A stretch of DNA of 64,000 nucleotides from Campylobacterales bacterium. GTDB taxonomy: Bacteria > Campylobacterota > Campylobacteria > Campylobacterales > QNZT01. Made by a program: the position numbers and the translations under genes. The notes below the pieces were generated by a model, which had not been told where the DNA came from, did no database searches, and saw nothing but the letters and a program-made list of their open reading frames with translations. Location: contig JAMONX010000121.1 of assembly GCA_027066435.1 (NCBI GenBank), positions 4,120 to 68,119 on the forward strand, written 5' to 3'. Of this stretch, positions 46,716-56,545 are shown piece by piece (positions within the stretch are counted from its first letter, which is position 1; the number at the start of each line of letters is the position of its first letter).

Positions 46716-47195
46716 ATGGTAATGAAGAGAATTTTTATAATTTTAGTTGGAATTTTATTTTCGATTAGTTTGCAAGCTGATGGTTTGGTTGCTGATAAAG
46801 ATGAGAGAGATTTGATGTGCAGTTTAAAACCATATGAAAATCCAAGATGGATAAGTGAAATAGAGCTTAGTAATGAAAAAAAACTACATTTTGTATCGGT
46901 TAAATGTATGATGCTTTTTTATTATAAAAATGCTAAATGGGATGATTTGGGTCTACATGGCGTGAAAAATCCGATAAAAAAACTTAAAGTTCAAGATTAT
47001 GATAGTTCAAAAGTTGTTGATGCTAAAAAAGCTTTTTATGTATATGGTGGTCATATCATGGGACCAAAAGGTGATGATTTAGTTCCATTTGAAACTGAAA
47101 AAGATGCTATAAATTTTATGAAAAAAAATGGAGGACATAAAATACTTACTTGGAAAGATTTTAAGCTTAATCTTTTTGACCTATTAAATTTATAG
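46716..47195 (+). CDS. NosL-like periplasmic protein (copy 2, no lipobox Cys)
   Basis: Signal peptide. NosL-like C-terminal half VQDYDSSKVVDAKKAFYVYGGHIMGPKGDDLVPFETEKDAINFMKKNGG. Confidence 0.6.
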   Translation: MVMKRIFIILVGILFSISLQADGLVADKDERDLMCSLKPYENPRWISEIELSNEKKLHFVSVKCMMLFYYKNAKWDDLGLHGVKNPIKKLKVQDYDSSKVVDAKKAFYVYGGHIMGPKGDDLVPFETEKDAINFMKKNGGHKILTWKDFKLNLFDLLNL

Positions 47196-47251
47196 ATGTT
47201 AATTAAAACTCGATATCATATGAAAAGTATTTTACTAAAAGGAATTTAAAT

Positions 47252-47518
47252 ATGGAAAAATCTAAAAAACCAGGATTATCAAGACTTGTATATACAATAC
47301 TGTTTTTAATCGTAGGTAGGCTTGTCTCAATAGTAGTTTGTTTTGCTGCTATAATTCAATTTATATATAGCTTTGTATTTGCAGAGCCAAATAAGAAAAT
47401 CTTAGACTTTACAAGCTCTTTAGCTGAGTTTGCAAAGCAGATAGTCTCATATGTTGGGCAAAATAGTGAAAAAAAACCTTGGCCTTTAGGTGAAGAGTGG
47501 CCAAAAGCTAGTAAGTAG
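47252..47518 (+). CDS. Small 2-TM protein, DUF4389-like
   Basis: 88 aa. Pattern SRLVYTILFLIVGRLVSIVVCFAAIIQFIYSF...KKPWPLGEEWP. Confidence 0.45.
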   Translation: MEKSKKPGLSRLVYTILFLIVGRLVSIVVCFAAIIQFIYSFVFAEPNKKILDFTSSLAEFAKQIVSYVGQNSEKKPWPLGEEWPKASK

Positions 47519-48227
47519 ATTGAAAAGATCTGTTTATTAGTGAAGAAGAGAGCAGGGTGTTTCTTTGTGTTAGAAGAGAGGAAGCACTGAAAAGCTCCTC
47601 TTCACTTGGCTCGTTTAATCCTAGTAAATCGTTAAATATATTAAGGTAAGAAGATACTTGATTATCTTCACTGTTAAATAGTAAACGGTTTAGTTGGACA
47701 GATAGAGTGCCTAACTTTTCTGTTTCTTCAGGAGTTAGTTTTTCTCCTAAGAGTGTATTAAACCCATCTGAAAATGATGCCAAGTTTAAACTATTTTCAT
47801 TTCCAAAAAGTTGGCTTACTGAACGCTGTGTTAGATAATCTCCAAATTCATTTGTGATATTTTCTATCTGTTCTTTGCTTGCATCACTAAGATTTAAATT
47901 TTTATAAACCTTTTCAAAATCAATTATCTCTAACTGTGATGAATTGCTTGGATTTAAAATATCTAATGAAGCTCTTATATCTTCTAGCTCTTTTAATTGA
48001 TTTGCATCTAAATCATTTGGTATACCAAAAATCCCATTTAGCATAGTGTCTATTTGCGAAATTTGAAATAGATTTTTAGACTCATCTGAAAATGAAACGG
48101 TATCAATCGCACCATTTTTTATAGACTCTGCGATTTGAGAAAGCTGTTTTTGTGAAGAAGTTTGGTTTATATAACCACTATTTACAATATTTGTTATACT
48201 GTCTGTAAACATACTCAATTTAACCAC
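47508..48227 (-). CDS. Acidic Ser/Asn/Leu-rich protein without signal peptide, function unknown
   Basis: Long ORF with no Cys or Trp and four loosely repeated L.x.E/Q..E.L segments. No recognisable domain. Confidence 0.4.
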   Translation of the reverse strand: MVKLSMFTDSITNIVNSGYINQTSSQKQLSQIAESIKNGAIDTVSFSDESKNLFQISQIDTMLNGIFGIPNDLDANQLKELEDIRASLDILNPSNSSQLEIIDFEKVYKNLNLSDASKEQIENITNEFGDYLTQRSVSQLFGNENSLNLASFSDGFNTLLGEKLTPEETEKLGTLSVQLNRLLFNSEDNQVSSYLNIFNDLLGLNEPSEEELFSASSLLTQRNTLLSSSLINRSFQSTY

Positions 48228-48319
48228 TTCCTTAATTTATAATAATAAAATTATAACACATCAAGATTTAAAGCCTTGTTGATATAAAATTCGTCTTATA
48301 TTAAATATAAGGATTTTTC

Positions 48320-48460
48320 ATGAGTAACGCAGTAAAGTTTATAATCACCGCTCTTTTAATTGTTGTTGGAATTTTAGCATACAAAACATACCAAGAGGGT
48401 GGATTTGACAATGCGACTGGTGTAAATGTACCTGTCGAGGCAGATGTTGAAGCTCATTAG
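48320..48460 (+). CDS. 46-aa single-TM small protein (below the ORF-track cutoff)
   Basis: AAGGA Shine-Dalgarno 6 nt upstream of the ATG. Sequence MSNAVKFIITALLIVVGILAYKTYQEGGFDNATGVNVPVEADVEAH. Lies in an otherwise empty gap. Confidence 0.4.
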   Translation: MSNAVKFIITALLIVVGILAYKTYQEGGFDNATGVNVPVEADVEAH

Positions 48461-48464
48461 TTCT

Positions 48465-49187
48465 TCAAACTTTAATAGTCAGTGTCATTTCATAAATCCA
48501 CTGTTGAAGAGGAAGTAGATCTTCATAGATTTTAAAAGCTTCATCAACTAAATCTTCTTTAAATAGTATATCGTTTGGTGGTGTCTCTTTGTAGGCATAC
48601 ATCGAGTTATAGAGAGTCAATTCTATATGACTCATGTCTTCATCAAACTCTTTTGGAACTCTTTTGTATTTTGGGATTGGTAAACTATAGCCTTTTGCCT
48701 TGATAGAATTTAAGATGCAAAAAAGGTTTTCTCTATGTTTATCGTTTTTGATATAGTCACGATATGCTGTTAAAGTCTCTTTTGAAAATCCACGAATTCC
48801 CACCGCAAAAAATAGTTCATCAGGTGAAAAGTGCATATAGAAACTTGAACTTTGCATCCGTTTTCCCACACCTTGCCAAAATATAATGCCTATTTTACTT
48901 TTTATGGGAGTTTTATCTTTTGAAAATCTGATATCACGATAGATGCGAAAAAGTGAACCATTGACTTTTGGTTTTGCTTTGATGGTAGGAACGAGAGCTT
49001 GTAGATGTTCGCCCATCTCTACAACAAATAAGAGACTTGGCTCTTTGATAAGTCGTTCATATTCGCTTCTATTGGCTTCAAACCACTCTTTTGTGTTGTT
49101 GTTTCTGATTTTGGTTAGAAAGTTTATGCTATCTTTTGGAAAACCTATAAAATTTTTAATCTTTAAATCTTTCATAAATAAAGTCAA
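48465..49187 (-). CDS. DUF2461 (TIGR02453) family protein
   Basis: Motifs NNTKEWFEANRSEYE and LFRIYRDIRFSKDKTPIKSKIG. The likely start is the ATG at 49175. Confidence 0.7.
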   Translation of the reverse strand: MTLFMKDLKIKNFIGFPKDSINFLTKIRNNNTKEWFEANRSEYERLIKEPSLLFVVEMGEHLQALVPTIKAKPKVNGSLFRIYRDIRFSKDKTPIKSKIGIIFWQGVGKRMQSSSFYMHFSPDELFFAVGIRGFSKETLTAYRDYIKNDKHRENLFCILNSIKAKGYSLPIPKYKRVPKEFDEDMSHIELTLYNSMYAYKETPPNDILFKEDLVDEAFKIYEDLLPLQQWIYEMTLTIKV

Positions 49188-49424
49188 AATCTATTTTTGA
49201 TACCATTTTGTAGGTGTAGTTAGGTAAATATCTTTCTTTCAAAGCACCCATCTTGTTTCCTTGATTTTGTTTGAAAATATTATAACATAAATCATAAATA
49301 TGTTATATTTCATTTAGTATCATTTTAGGTGCTTGATATCAGCTATACATATTATTATTCAAAATATCTTGCCAATATTTTAACTCTTGCAAACAGTTCT
49401 CGTGGTTTCCCCCTCAATCTTTAA

Positions 49425-49664
49425 TGCCAAAGTAGATATCCAATCCTCATCAAGTTGAAGGGGGCTTTATTTGCTTTTAAATCACCTCTTTCAAATGGTA
49501 TGATTTTAGCAGATGAAGTTTGGCTTGGTAAAACTTTAGATGCAGGAGTTTATAGGAAATTACAAAAAGAGGGTATAATCAATCTCTTTAATCAAAAAAA
49601 CAGCATGATTATAATTATGCTTCAAGGCTTCAAGAAGAGTTACTTAAAAACAGATATGACTTAG
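49425..49664 (+). pseudogene. Fragment of an SNF2/DEAD-like helicase (motif I region only)
   Basis: The frame reads ..RYQILIKLKGALFAFKSPLSNGMILADEVWLGKTLDAGV, which is the YQ...ILADEVGLGKT N-terminal helicase signature. It then runs out after ~45 more codons and has no upstream or downstream remainder. Confidence 0.55.
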
Positions 49665-49846
49665 TGGTATAGTAGTTCTAGCCATTTCTTCTTTTCCTTT
49701 AGGGATATTTTGAAATTAAAACAAATGCCCCTAAAAGTATCCCTTAAATTCTTGGAGAGTATTGAATTTGATTAGATTAACTTATAGTGTAAATCGGCTA
49801 TAAAGCCCTAAAGTTTAGGAATTTGTTTCAGTAAGTTGTTGTAGTT

Positions 49847-50227
49847 TGGTGGAACAGAGGGGGATCGAACCCCTGTCCAAAAATAGGTTTCATAATGATA
49901 TCTACATGCTTAGCGGCGATGTGGGAAATTTTAGTAAAGTAAAAACCCATCGCCCACCAGCTAACTTTACCTAAGCCCTAATTCTCGACAACATGCTCGG
50001 GCGGACACGATGTTAAAGTTACTTTTGTTTTATATGAAGCTATGCCAACCCTAAGTAACCAAGAGCGACTGACATAACTGACCGGCTTTAAGCTCTTACG
50101 CCGCTAATGCGTGCGCAGGTCTATAATCTGTATTGTTTGCGTTTAAATTAACGAGATAGTTTTAAGTCTTTCAAAGACTACATGCAATCAAGACCAACCT
50201 ACTCCTGTCGAAAGCCAAGTCTGTCCC
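49847..50227 (-). ncRNA. ssrA: tmRNA (ssrA)
   Basis: 5' GGGACAGACUUGGCUUUCGACAGG pairs with 3' ...CUGUUCCACCA (G3:U70). T-arm GGGGUUCGAUCCCC. Tag reading frame GCA AAC AAU ACA GAU UAU AGA CCU GCG CAC GCA UUA GCG GCG UAA gives ANNTDYRPAHALAA (50096-50140). Confidence 0.9.
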
Positions 50228-50261
50228 ATTGCTTAGAATATAGCACATATTATGCCATTTG

Positions 50262-51206
50262 TCAAGCTGGACAAGTTTCTTTATCTTTTAAAGACTCAAT
50301 AATATCATCAAGAACAGCTTGTGCACTGTCATGAGGTACTTGGCAAGTACCTGCGGCCATATGTCCACCACCGTTGTAATTTAGCATCAAGTCGCCTATG
50401 TTTGCTTTTGAGGATCTGTTTATGATTGACTTTCCAACTGCAAAAACTGTGTTTTGTTTTTTAAATCCCCATATTTGGTGTATAGATATATTTGTTTGCG
50501 GGTAGAGAGTGTAAAGCATAAATCTATTTCCAGGATAAATTATCTCCTCATCTCTTAAATCTAGTACAACAACATTATCATAAATTGTTGAACACTTTTT
50601 GAGTTGATAGATAAAATCTTCTTCATATTTGTGATATAACTCTACTCTCTCTTTTACATCTTCAAGCTCCATGATTTCATTTATAGTGTGGTCTTTACAT
50701 GCATCTATCAAGTTCATCATAAGAGCATAGTTTGAGATTCTAAAATCTCTAAATCTACCAAGACCAGTTCTTGAATCCATCAAAAAGCTTAGTAAGTCCC
50801 ACCCTTTTGGATTAAGGATATTTTCTCTTGAAAACTTTGCAGCATCTGCTTTGTTTGCAGCTTCCATCATTGGTATAAATATCTTTGGAAACTTAGACTC
50901 ACCACCATAATATTGATAAACAACTTCAGCAGCAGAAGGAGCATCTGGTAAAATTATATGATTTTTCTTTATCTCTTTGTTTCTAACAGTTTCACTCAAG
51001 TGATGATCAAATGCAATCGCAACTCCATCAACATATGGGAGATTTGTAGTGATGTCGTTTTCAGTAACTTCTATAATCCCATCTTGCATATCTTTAGGAT
51101 GCACAAACTTAACATCATCAATCATATCAAGATGTTTTAAAAGTACAGCACAGACCAAACCGTCCATATCACTTCTTGTTATTAACCTATATTTTTTCTT
51201 TTCCAT
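50262..51206 (-). CDS. DHH family phosphoesterase
   Basis: Motifs TRSDMDGLVCAVLL, AFDHHLS and GGGHMAAG (DHH/DHHA1). Confidence 0.75.
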   Translation of the reverse strand: MEKKKYRLITRSDMDGLVCAVLLKHLDMIDDVKFVHPKDMQDGIIEVTENDITTNLPYVDGVAIAFDHHLSETVRNKEIKKNHIILPDAPSAAEVVYQYYGGESKFPKIFIPMMEAANKADAAKFSRENILNPKGWDLLSFLMDSRTGLGRFRDFRISNYALMMNLIDACKDHTINEIMELEDVKERVELYHKYEEDFIYQLKKCSTIYDNVVVLDLRDEEIIYPGNRFMLYTLYPQTNISIHQIWGFKKQNTVFAVGKSIINRSSKANIGDLMLNYNGGGHMAAGTCQVPHDSAQAVLDDIIESLKDKETCPA

Positions 51207-51271
51207 ATATCATCCTTTTTATAAAATCTATAATGATATATCGTCAAGTTCTATGATTAAGTTAAAAAAAT

Positions 51272-52012
51272 TTAGGAGTTTATCTCCTCTTTTATGATTT
51301 TTGCTTCTTCTTGTATCTTTTTTATCTTTTCGTCAAATGCAAGACTATCATCTAACATGATAGAAACAAAGGCACTGCCTACTATTACTCCATCTACATC
51401 TTTAGCTTTGTTTTTTGCAGTTTTTGCATTTACTCCAAATCCAATATATATATCGGTGTCGGTTGTATTTCTTATATCAGCTATAATGCGAGATAAATTC
51501 TCCTCTTTACCGCTTCCTGTTATGCCTGCATATGCTACAAGATAGACAAACTTTTGAGAATTTTGAAGGATTTTTTCTACTCTTGAAAGAGAGTCTGTTG
51601 GCGCTACAAAGTCTATGAGAGCAAGGGAGTTTTCTGAAAACTTCTCTTTGTATTTTAAACTCTCTTCAAATGGAAGATCTGGGATTATGAAGCCACTTAT
51701 CCCTATATCTTTTGCTTCTTGTAAAATTGTCTCTATCCCTCTTTTGTAAAAGGGGTTAAAGTATCCCATCCATAGTGTGTCAATTTCGGGGGCGATTTTT
51801 GCTGAAACTTCCAAAAGTTGAGCCATTGTAAATCCACCTTGGAGTGATTTTAGATTTGCTTCTTCTATTATCGGACCATCAGCCACTGGGTCTGAAAAAG
51901 GGATACCAAGTTCTAGCGTATCGACTCCCGCCTCTTTTAGTGCAAGGGCAACATCTTCTGTAAAGTCGATATCAGGATAGCCAGTTGTGATATATGCGAC
52001 AAGTTTTTTCAA
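51272..52012 (-). CDS. trpA: Tryptophan synthase alpha chain
   Basis: LVAYITTGYP, ELGIPFSDPVADGPIIEEA and GFGV...VDGVIVGSA. TTG start at 52012 preceded by AGGAG. The longer ORF in the track (to 52288) runs across the promoter and into divergent panB. Confidence 0.85.
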   Translation of the reverse strand: MKKLVAYITTGYPDIDFTEDVALALKEAGVDTLELGIPFSDPVADGPIIEEANLKSLQGGFTMAQLLEVSAKIAPEIDTLWMGYFNPFYKRGIETILQEAKDIGISGFIIPDLPFEESLKYKEKFSENSLALIDFVAPTDSLSRVEKILQNSQKFVYLVAYAGITGSGKEENLSRIIADIRNTTDTDIYIGFGVNAKTAKNKAKDVDGVIVGSAFVSIMLDDSLAFDEKIKKIQEEAKIIKEEINS

Positions 52013-52034
52013 ATTAAATGCTCCTAAAATTGCA

Positions 52035-52043
52035 ATTATATCA
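52035..52043 (-). promoter_or_regulatory. Extended -10 box (TGATATAAT) upstream of trpA
   Basis: The minus strand reads TTTGATATAAT 23 nt upstream of the TTG start, with AGGAG between them. Confidence 0.35.
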
Positions 52044-52082
52044 AATTTTAGGTAAAATTGCTCTAGTTTCATATCGGGGGAG

Positions 52083-52898
52083 ATGATGAGTATACATACG
52101 CAAAAAACTAAAAAAAAGGTAACAGTTAGCACTATAAGAGGGATGAAGTCTGTTGAGCCTATCACAATGGTAACAGCATACGATACACTTTTTTCAAAAC
52201 TTTTTAATGATAGTGTTGAGATAATTTTAGTAGGGGATTCACTAAATATGAGTTTTAGTGGAAAACAAGATACACTTTCTGCAAACATGGAGCTTATGAT
52301 TTACCATACAAGAGCCGTTTGCAACGGAGCAGATACTCCTTTGATTGTGTTTGATATGCCATTTGGTTCATATACAACTAAAGATAGAGCTTTGAAAAAT
52401 GCTACTAGAATTTATCGTGAAACTGATGCTCAGGCTGTAAAGATTGAGGGCGGAAAAGAGCGGGCAAAGATTATAAAAACTTTGACAAAAAACTCTATCG
52501 CGGTTATGGGTCATATAGGTTTAATGCCTCAATTTGTAAGAAGTGAAGGTGGTTATAAAGTCAAAGGAAAAGATGAAAAAAATATCCAAAAACTTGTCCA
52601 AGATGCAAAAGCGATAGAGAAAGCTGGAGCATTTGCAATAGTAGTGGAGGGTGTAAAATGTGAAGCTGCAAAAGCTATAACTGAAGCGGTATCTATCCCT
52701 ACTATTGGTATTGGTGCTGGGATTGATGTAGATGGTCAAGTGTTAGTTTGGAGTGATATGTTTGGATTTTTTGAGGATTTTAAACCTAAGTTTGTTAAAC
52801 AGTACCTTGATGGAGGAAAACTTATACGAGATGCACTTGGAGTTTATGTGGATGAGGTAAAGAACAAAAAATTTCCAAGTAGTGAGTTTACTTACTGA
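52083..52898 (+). CDS. panB: 3-methyl-2-oxobutanoate hydroxymethyltransferase
   Basis: [19 protein letters not shown] and VKIEGG motifs. Confidence 0.9.
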   Translation: MMSIHTQKTKKKVTVSTIRGMKSVEPITMVTAYDTLFSKLFNDSVEIILVGDSLNMSFSGKQDTLSANMELMIYHTRAVCNGADTPLIVFDMPFGSYTTKDRALKNATRIYRETDAQAVKIEGGKERAKIIKTLTKNSIAVMGHIGLMPQFVRSEGGYKVKGKDEKNIQKLVQDAKAIEKAGAFAIVVEGVKCEAAKAITEAVSIPTIGIGAGIDVDGQVLVWSDMFGFFEDFKPKFVKQYLDGGKLIRDALGVYVDEVKNKKFPSSEFTY

Positions 52899-53911
52899 TG
52901 GAGAGAATTGTTGAGGTAGAAAAGATTTCATTTGATGAAGAACAAGATGAGATTACACTTCGTCCTTCTTGTTGGGATGAGTATATTGGACAAAAACAGA
53001 TAAAAAAAAATCTTAGAGTTTTTATAGAAGCTGCGAAAAAAAGAGATGAGAGTTTAGATCATGTTCTATTTTTTGGACCTCCAGGGCTTGGAAAAACAAC
53101 TTTAGCAAATTTGATATCAACCGAAATGAATACAAATATCAAAACAACAGCTGCACCGATGATAGAAAAGAGTGGCGATTTGGCTGCAATTTTAACAAAC
53201 TTGGATGAAGGTGATATTCTTTTTATCGATGAGATACATAGACTTTCACCTGCGATTGAAGAGATACTCTATCCTGCTATGGAAGATTTTCGTCTTGATA
53301 TCATCATAGGAAGCGGTCCTGCTGCTCAAACTATAAAGCTTGATTTGCCTCGTTTTACTCTTATTGGTGCTACTACAAGAGCTGGTATGATAAGCTCTCC
53401 TCTTAGAGATAGGTTTGGGATGCATTTTCGTTTGAATTTTTACTCTTGTGATGAGTTAGCAGAAATTATAAAAAGAGCTTCAGTAAAATTAAACTGCATA
53501 TCAGGTGAAGAAGCTTCTTTTGAAACATCGAGACGAAGTAGAGGGACCCCTAGAATTGCATTAAGACTTTTGAAACGAATAAGAGATTATGCAGAGGTTG
53601 AAAATGAACCAAAGATTGTACTTGAGAGGGCAAAATATGCACTTGATGAACTTGGTGTTGATGTAGAGGGTTTTGATGAATTAGATAAACGGTTTTTGGA
53701 ACTTTTGATACAAGCCAAAGGGCGACCGATGGGACTTGGTACGATTGCTGCAACTCTTAGTGAAGATGAGGGAACAATTGAAGATGTGGTTGAGCCTTAT
53801 TTGATTGCAAATGGGTATATTGAAAAAACCGCTCGTGGACGTATAGCTACAAATAAGAGTTATGAACACTTTAGACTAACGCCAAAAGATAAATCGTCGC
53901 TATTTGATTAA
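52898..53911 (+). CDS. ruvB: Holliday junction branch migration helicase RuvB
   Basis: [28 protein letters not shown] and [15 protein letters not shown]. Confidence 0.95.
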   Translation: MERIVEVEKISFDEEQDEITLRPSCWDEYIGQKQIKKNLRVFIEAAKKRDESLDHVLFFGPPGLGKTTLANLISTEMNTNIKTTAAPMIEKSGDLAAILTNLDEGDILFIDEIHRLSPAIEEILYPAMEDFRLDIIIGSGPAAQTIKLDLPRFTLIGATTRAGMISSPLRDRFGMHFRLNFYSCDELAEIIKRASVKLNCISGEEASFETSRRSRGTPRIALRLLKRIRDYAEVENEPKIVLERAKYALDELGVDVEGFDELDKRFLELLIQAKGRPMGLGTIAATLSEDEGTIEDVVEPYLIANGYIEKTARGRIATNKSYEHFRLTPKDKSSLFD

Positions 53912-54753
53912 ACTGCTATTGCTAATTTACTTTTAGAATTCTCTTTATCTCTTGGTTTTACTCTCTCTTCAATGATGATTTCACCTTTCATAAAAAGTGT
54001 GGCTTTTGCTTTTATTATTACTTTGCCATCGGCTACATTACAAATAATTTCACTTCTTCTATTTGATATTTGAACAGCTTTTAACTCATTTTTATTTAAA
54101 ACTTTTGACCAGTAGGGTGCTAATTGTGAACAGAGTGAATTTATAATCAAATCTTCATCAACTCCAAGCTTTGGAGCAAAATACCTAAAGACAAAATCAT
54201 TATTATCTCCTCTTGCTGCTATGCAAATCCCTCTTAAATCTAAGCTTCTTAAAACTTCAATTTTTGGTTTTAATTTTTTAATAGTCTCTTCATTTTCAAA
54301 GATAAGTATATAGTCTTTATCCTTGAGTATTTTTAAGGGATCAATTCCCATAGCTAAACTAAAAATAGGATTACTTTGAGTATATAAAGTTGGCATATTG
54401 CTATTAAAACTTGAAGAGATATAGTCACCTTCTTTTGAAATCTCTATATCGTTGCCGAGGGATCTTAAAGTGATATTTTTTTGTTTGGTATCTAAATAGT
54501 TAAAGATAACATATGCACTTGCAACTGCTGCATGTTCATAGAGTGTTATCTCATTTTCTGGTGTAAACCATCTGATTTCATACAGTGAGGACTCTTTTTT
54601 TACAATAAAGGCTGTTTTACTAAGATTGATTTGAAAAGCTATGTTTTGCATCAACGATTCATCTATCCAATCTTTTAATGGGCAAACAGCAGAGGTACTT
54701 CCACTAAACATTTTATCTGCAAATGCATCTATTTGAAAAATATCAATTTTCAC
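53908..54753 (-). CDS. PhzF family isomerase-like protein
   Basis: N-terminus [22 protein letters not shown] ... NLSKTAFIV is typical of PhzF/YddE. Confidence 0.7.
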   Translation of the reverse strand: MKIDIFQIDAFADKMFSGSTSAVCPLKDWIDESLMQNIAFQINLSKTAFIVKKESSLYEIRWFTPENEITLYEHAAVASAYVIFNYLDTKQKNITLRSLGNDIEISKEGDYISSSFNSNMPTLYTQSNPIFSLAMGIDPLKILKDKDYILIFENEETIKKLKPKIEVLRSLDLRGICIAARGDNNDFVFRYFAPKLGVDEDLIINSLCSQLAPYWSKVLNKNELKAVQISNRRSEIICNVADGKVIIKAKATLFMKGEIIIEERVKPRDKENSKSKLAIAV

Positions 54754-54840
54754 TTAAAACCCTAAATTTTTTTTAATTTTTTATAGTTTAGCTAAGAAAA
54801 GTTTTAGTTTTTATTAAATATATTTAATTTATTAAAAATC

Positions 54841-55275
54841 TTAAGGATTCGACCAAAAAAACTCAATCCACTCTTTAGCCTCTTTTATTTTAAAGTCAGG
54901 AGTAAAAATATCATTTTCTTTATAAAATATAACTCCAGTTTTAAAAACTGTTTGTGGGAATCTCTTTTTTAAAACTTTTACGATTTCTCTCAAGCTTTCA
55001 CCGCTATCAACTATATCGTCAACAATAAGAACTTTTTTATACTTAGATAGGTTTGGGATGTTAAAAAGTGATACATTATCTAATTTTTGTGTATTATCGT
55101 AATGCACTGAATTTAGGGTCAAAAGTTCTCTTAGCTTATACTTTTCCGCTAAAAAGTGACCGAGTGTTACTCCTCCTCTAGCGATTGCTAAGATGATATC
55201 AGGTTCATAACTTTTTGTCTGTTGATACAGATTTTCAATATCTTGGACAAACTCTTTGTAGTCGTAATAGTACAT
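54841..55275 (-). CDS. Purine phosphoribosyltransferase family protein
   Basis: PRPP-binding loop VLIVDDIVDSGESL. 144 aa. Confidence 0.7.
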   Translation of the reverse strand: MYYYDYKEFVQDIENLYQQTKSYEPDIILAIARGGVTLGHFLAEKYKLRELLTLNSVHYDNTQKLDNVSLFNIPNLSKYKKVLIVDDIVDSGESLREIVKVLKKRFPQTVFKTGVIFYKENDIFTPDFKIKEAKEWIEFFWSNP

Positions 55276-56298
55276 TTATATCACAATCCTTGAAATTTTT
55301 GGGGATAATCTTGTTAAAACATCATAAGAGATAGTGTTAAAATGTTTTGCGATGTAAGTAGCATTGTTAAAAAGAGATATCTTTTGTTTATCTGATTCTA
55401 TTTCGCATAAATCCATTGAGACTCTTCCTAGAAACTCTTTTTTATAACTTGTTTGTAGTTTACTTTTACCATCATGTCTGAAAAAACCATCAGCATAGCC
55501 GATATCATAAGTTGAAACAATCATCTTTTTTTGTACTTCAAATTCTCCACCATATCCGATTCTTTGACCTTTTTGTAAAACTCTTGTGGCGATTTTCTCA
55601 GCCCATAAAGAGAGGACAGGTTTTAAATCTGCTACTTTAAAACACTTTGGCATTTGCATGTAACCGTAAGTCGCAATTCCACATCTTGCAAAGTTATCGT
55701 CGTAAGATTTTATTCTAAATACTGTTGCACTGTTGGCACTATGAAAACAAGGCATATTAAAGCCGTATTTATCTGTTAGTTCTAAAACTTTTTTCTTTAC
55801 ACTTTTCCAGATTTTCATCTGCCAAAATAGTTCAGATGAGAGTTCATCTGCTGAGCGAAAATGAGTCATTACTCCATCTAAAATCAAATTCTTTTCTTTA
55901 ATTTCTTCATATGCTTTTTCAATATCACAAATATCTATGCCATTTCTATGCATCCCAGTATCTATTTTTAAGTGAACACTACAATTTGCATCCATGCTAG
56001 AAATATCTGAAAGGTTATTTATGACAAATGAAAATTTTTGATTTGGTTTTGTCTGCTTTTTGGGTGAAAGAATAATGATATGTTCAAAATAAGAGTCTAT
56101 CTCTTTTGCTTCATCAACATTTCTAACAATTGCTCTTTTTATACCAAACTCACAAGAGAGTTTAGCCATCTCTAAAAGCCCATGTCCGTAAGCATTATCT
56201 TTTAAAACAACAGATAATTTTTCACATGAACCAAGATGATGGCTTAAAACTTTTAAATTGTGAAAATAGTTCTTTTTGTTTATCTCTATAAAAGACAC
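55276..56298 (-). CDS. alr: Alanine racemase
   Basis: PLP-Lys motif VVLKDNAYGHG. C-terminal GRVSMD. Its stop abuts the next start. Confidence 0.85.
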   Translation of the reverse strand: MSFIEINKKNYFHNLKVLSHHLGSCEKLSVVLKDNAYGHGLLEMAKLSCEFGIKRAIVRNVDEAKEIDSYFEHIIILSPKKQTKPNQKFSFVINNLSDISSMDANCSVHLKIDTGMHRNGIDICDIEKAYEEIKEKNLILDGVMTHFRSADELSSELFWQMKIWKSVKKKVLELTDKYGFNMPCFHSANSATVFRIKSYDDNFARCGIATYGYMQMPKCFKVADLKPVLSLWAEKIATRVLQKGQRIGYGGEFEVQKKMIVSTYDIGYADGFFRHDGKSKLQTSYKKEFLGRVSMDLCEIESDKQKISLFNNATYIAKHFNTISYDVLTRLSPKISRIVI

Positions 56299-56302
56299 AT
56301 TC

Positions 56303-56530
56303 TCACTTCATATCTCTTGCTTCAAATAGTAAGCCTCTTATTTTTCTAGCTTGATAATCAAGCTTAAAAAAGTTTGCATAAACCTCTTGTGCATCTAGTG
56401 TTTGTGAAGAAGAAAAATCAAATTGTCCATTTTCACTTTTTTTGATATTTGCATCTAAAAAATCATAAAAATCATTTCTTATTTTCTCATACTTTTGCAT
56501 CTCTTTTCGTGTATCATCTATACTTGTCAT
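56303..56530 (-). CDS. 75-aa hypothetical protein
   Basis: Compact ORF between the SulP gene and alr on the same strand. No recognisable motif. Confidence 0.4.
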   Translation of the reverse strand: MTSIDDTRKEMQKYEKIRNDFYDFLDANIKKSENGQFDFSSSQTLDAQEVYANFFKLDYQARKIRGLLFEARDMK

Positions 56531-56545
56531 TATTTTCCTTTTAAC

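Noticed and set aside
49395-49420. GGTTTCCCCCTCAATC, which resembles part of the tmRNA T-arm/3' end (GGTTCGATCCCCCTCTG), as a possible att repeat
   Set aside because: The match is short and gapped. It is also in inverted, not direct, orientation relative to ssrA, so it cannot be an attL/attR duplicate.
49455-49664. 69-aa ORF as a genuine small gene
   Set aside because: Its only recognisable content is a helicase motif I fragment (ILADEVWLGKT) that extends upstream of the called start. It is better explained as a pseudogene remnant.
52013-52288. Upstream ~90 codons of the 338-aa 'trpA' ORF
   Set aside because: There is no TrpA homology. The stretch overlaps the promoter and Shine-Dalgarno of trpA and the 5' end of divergent panB.
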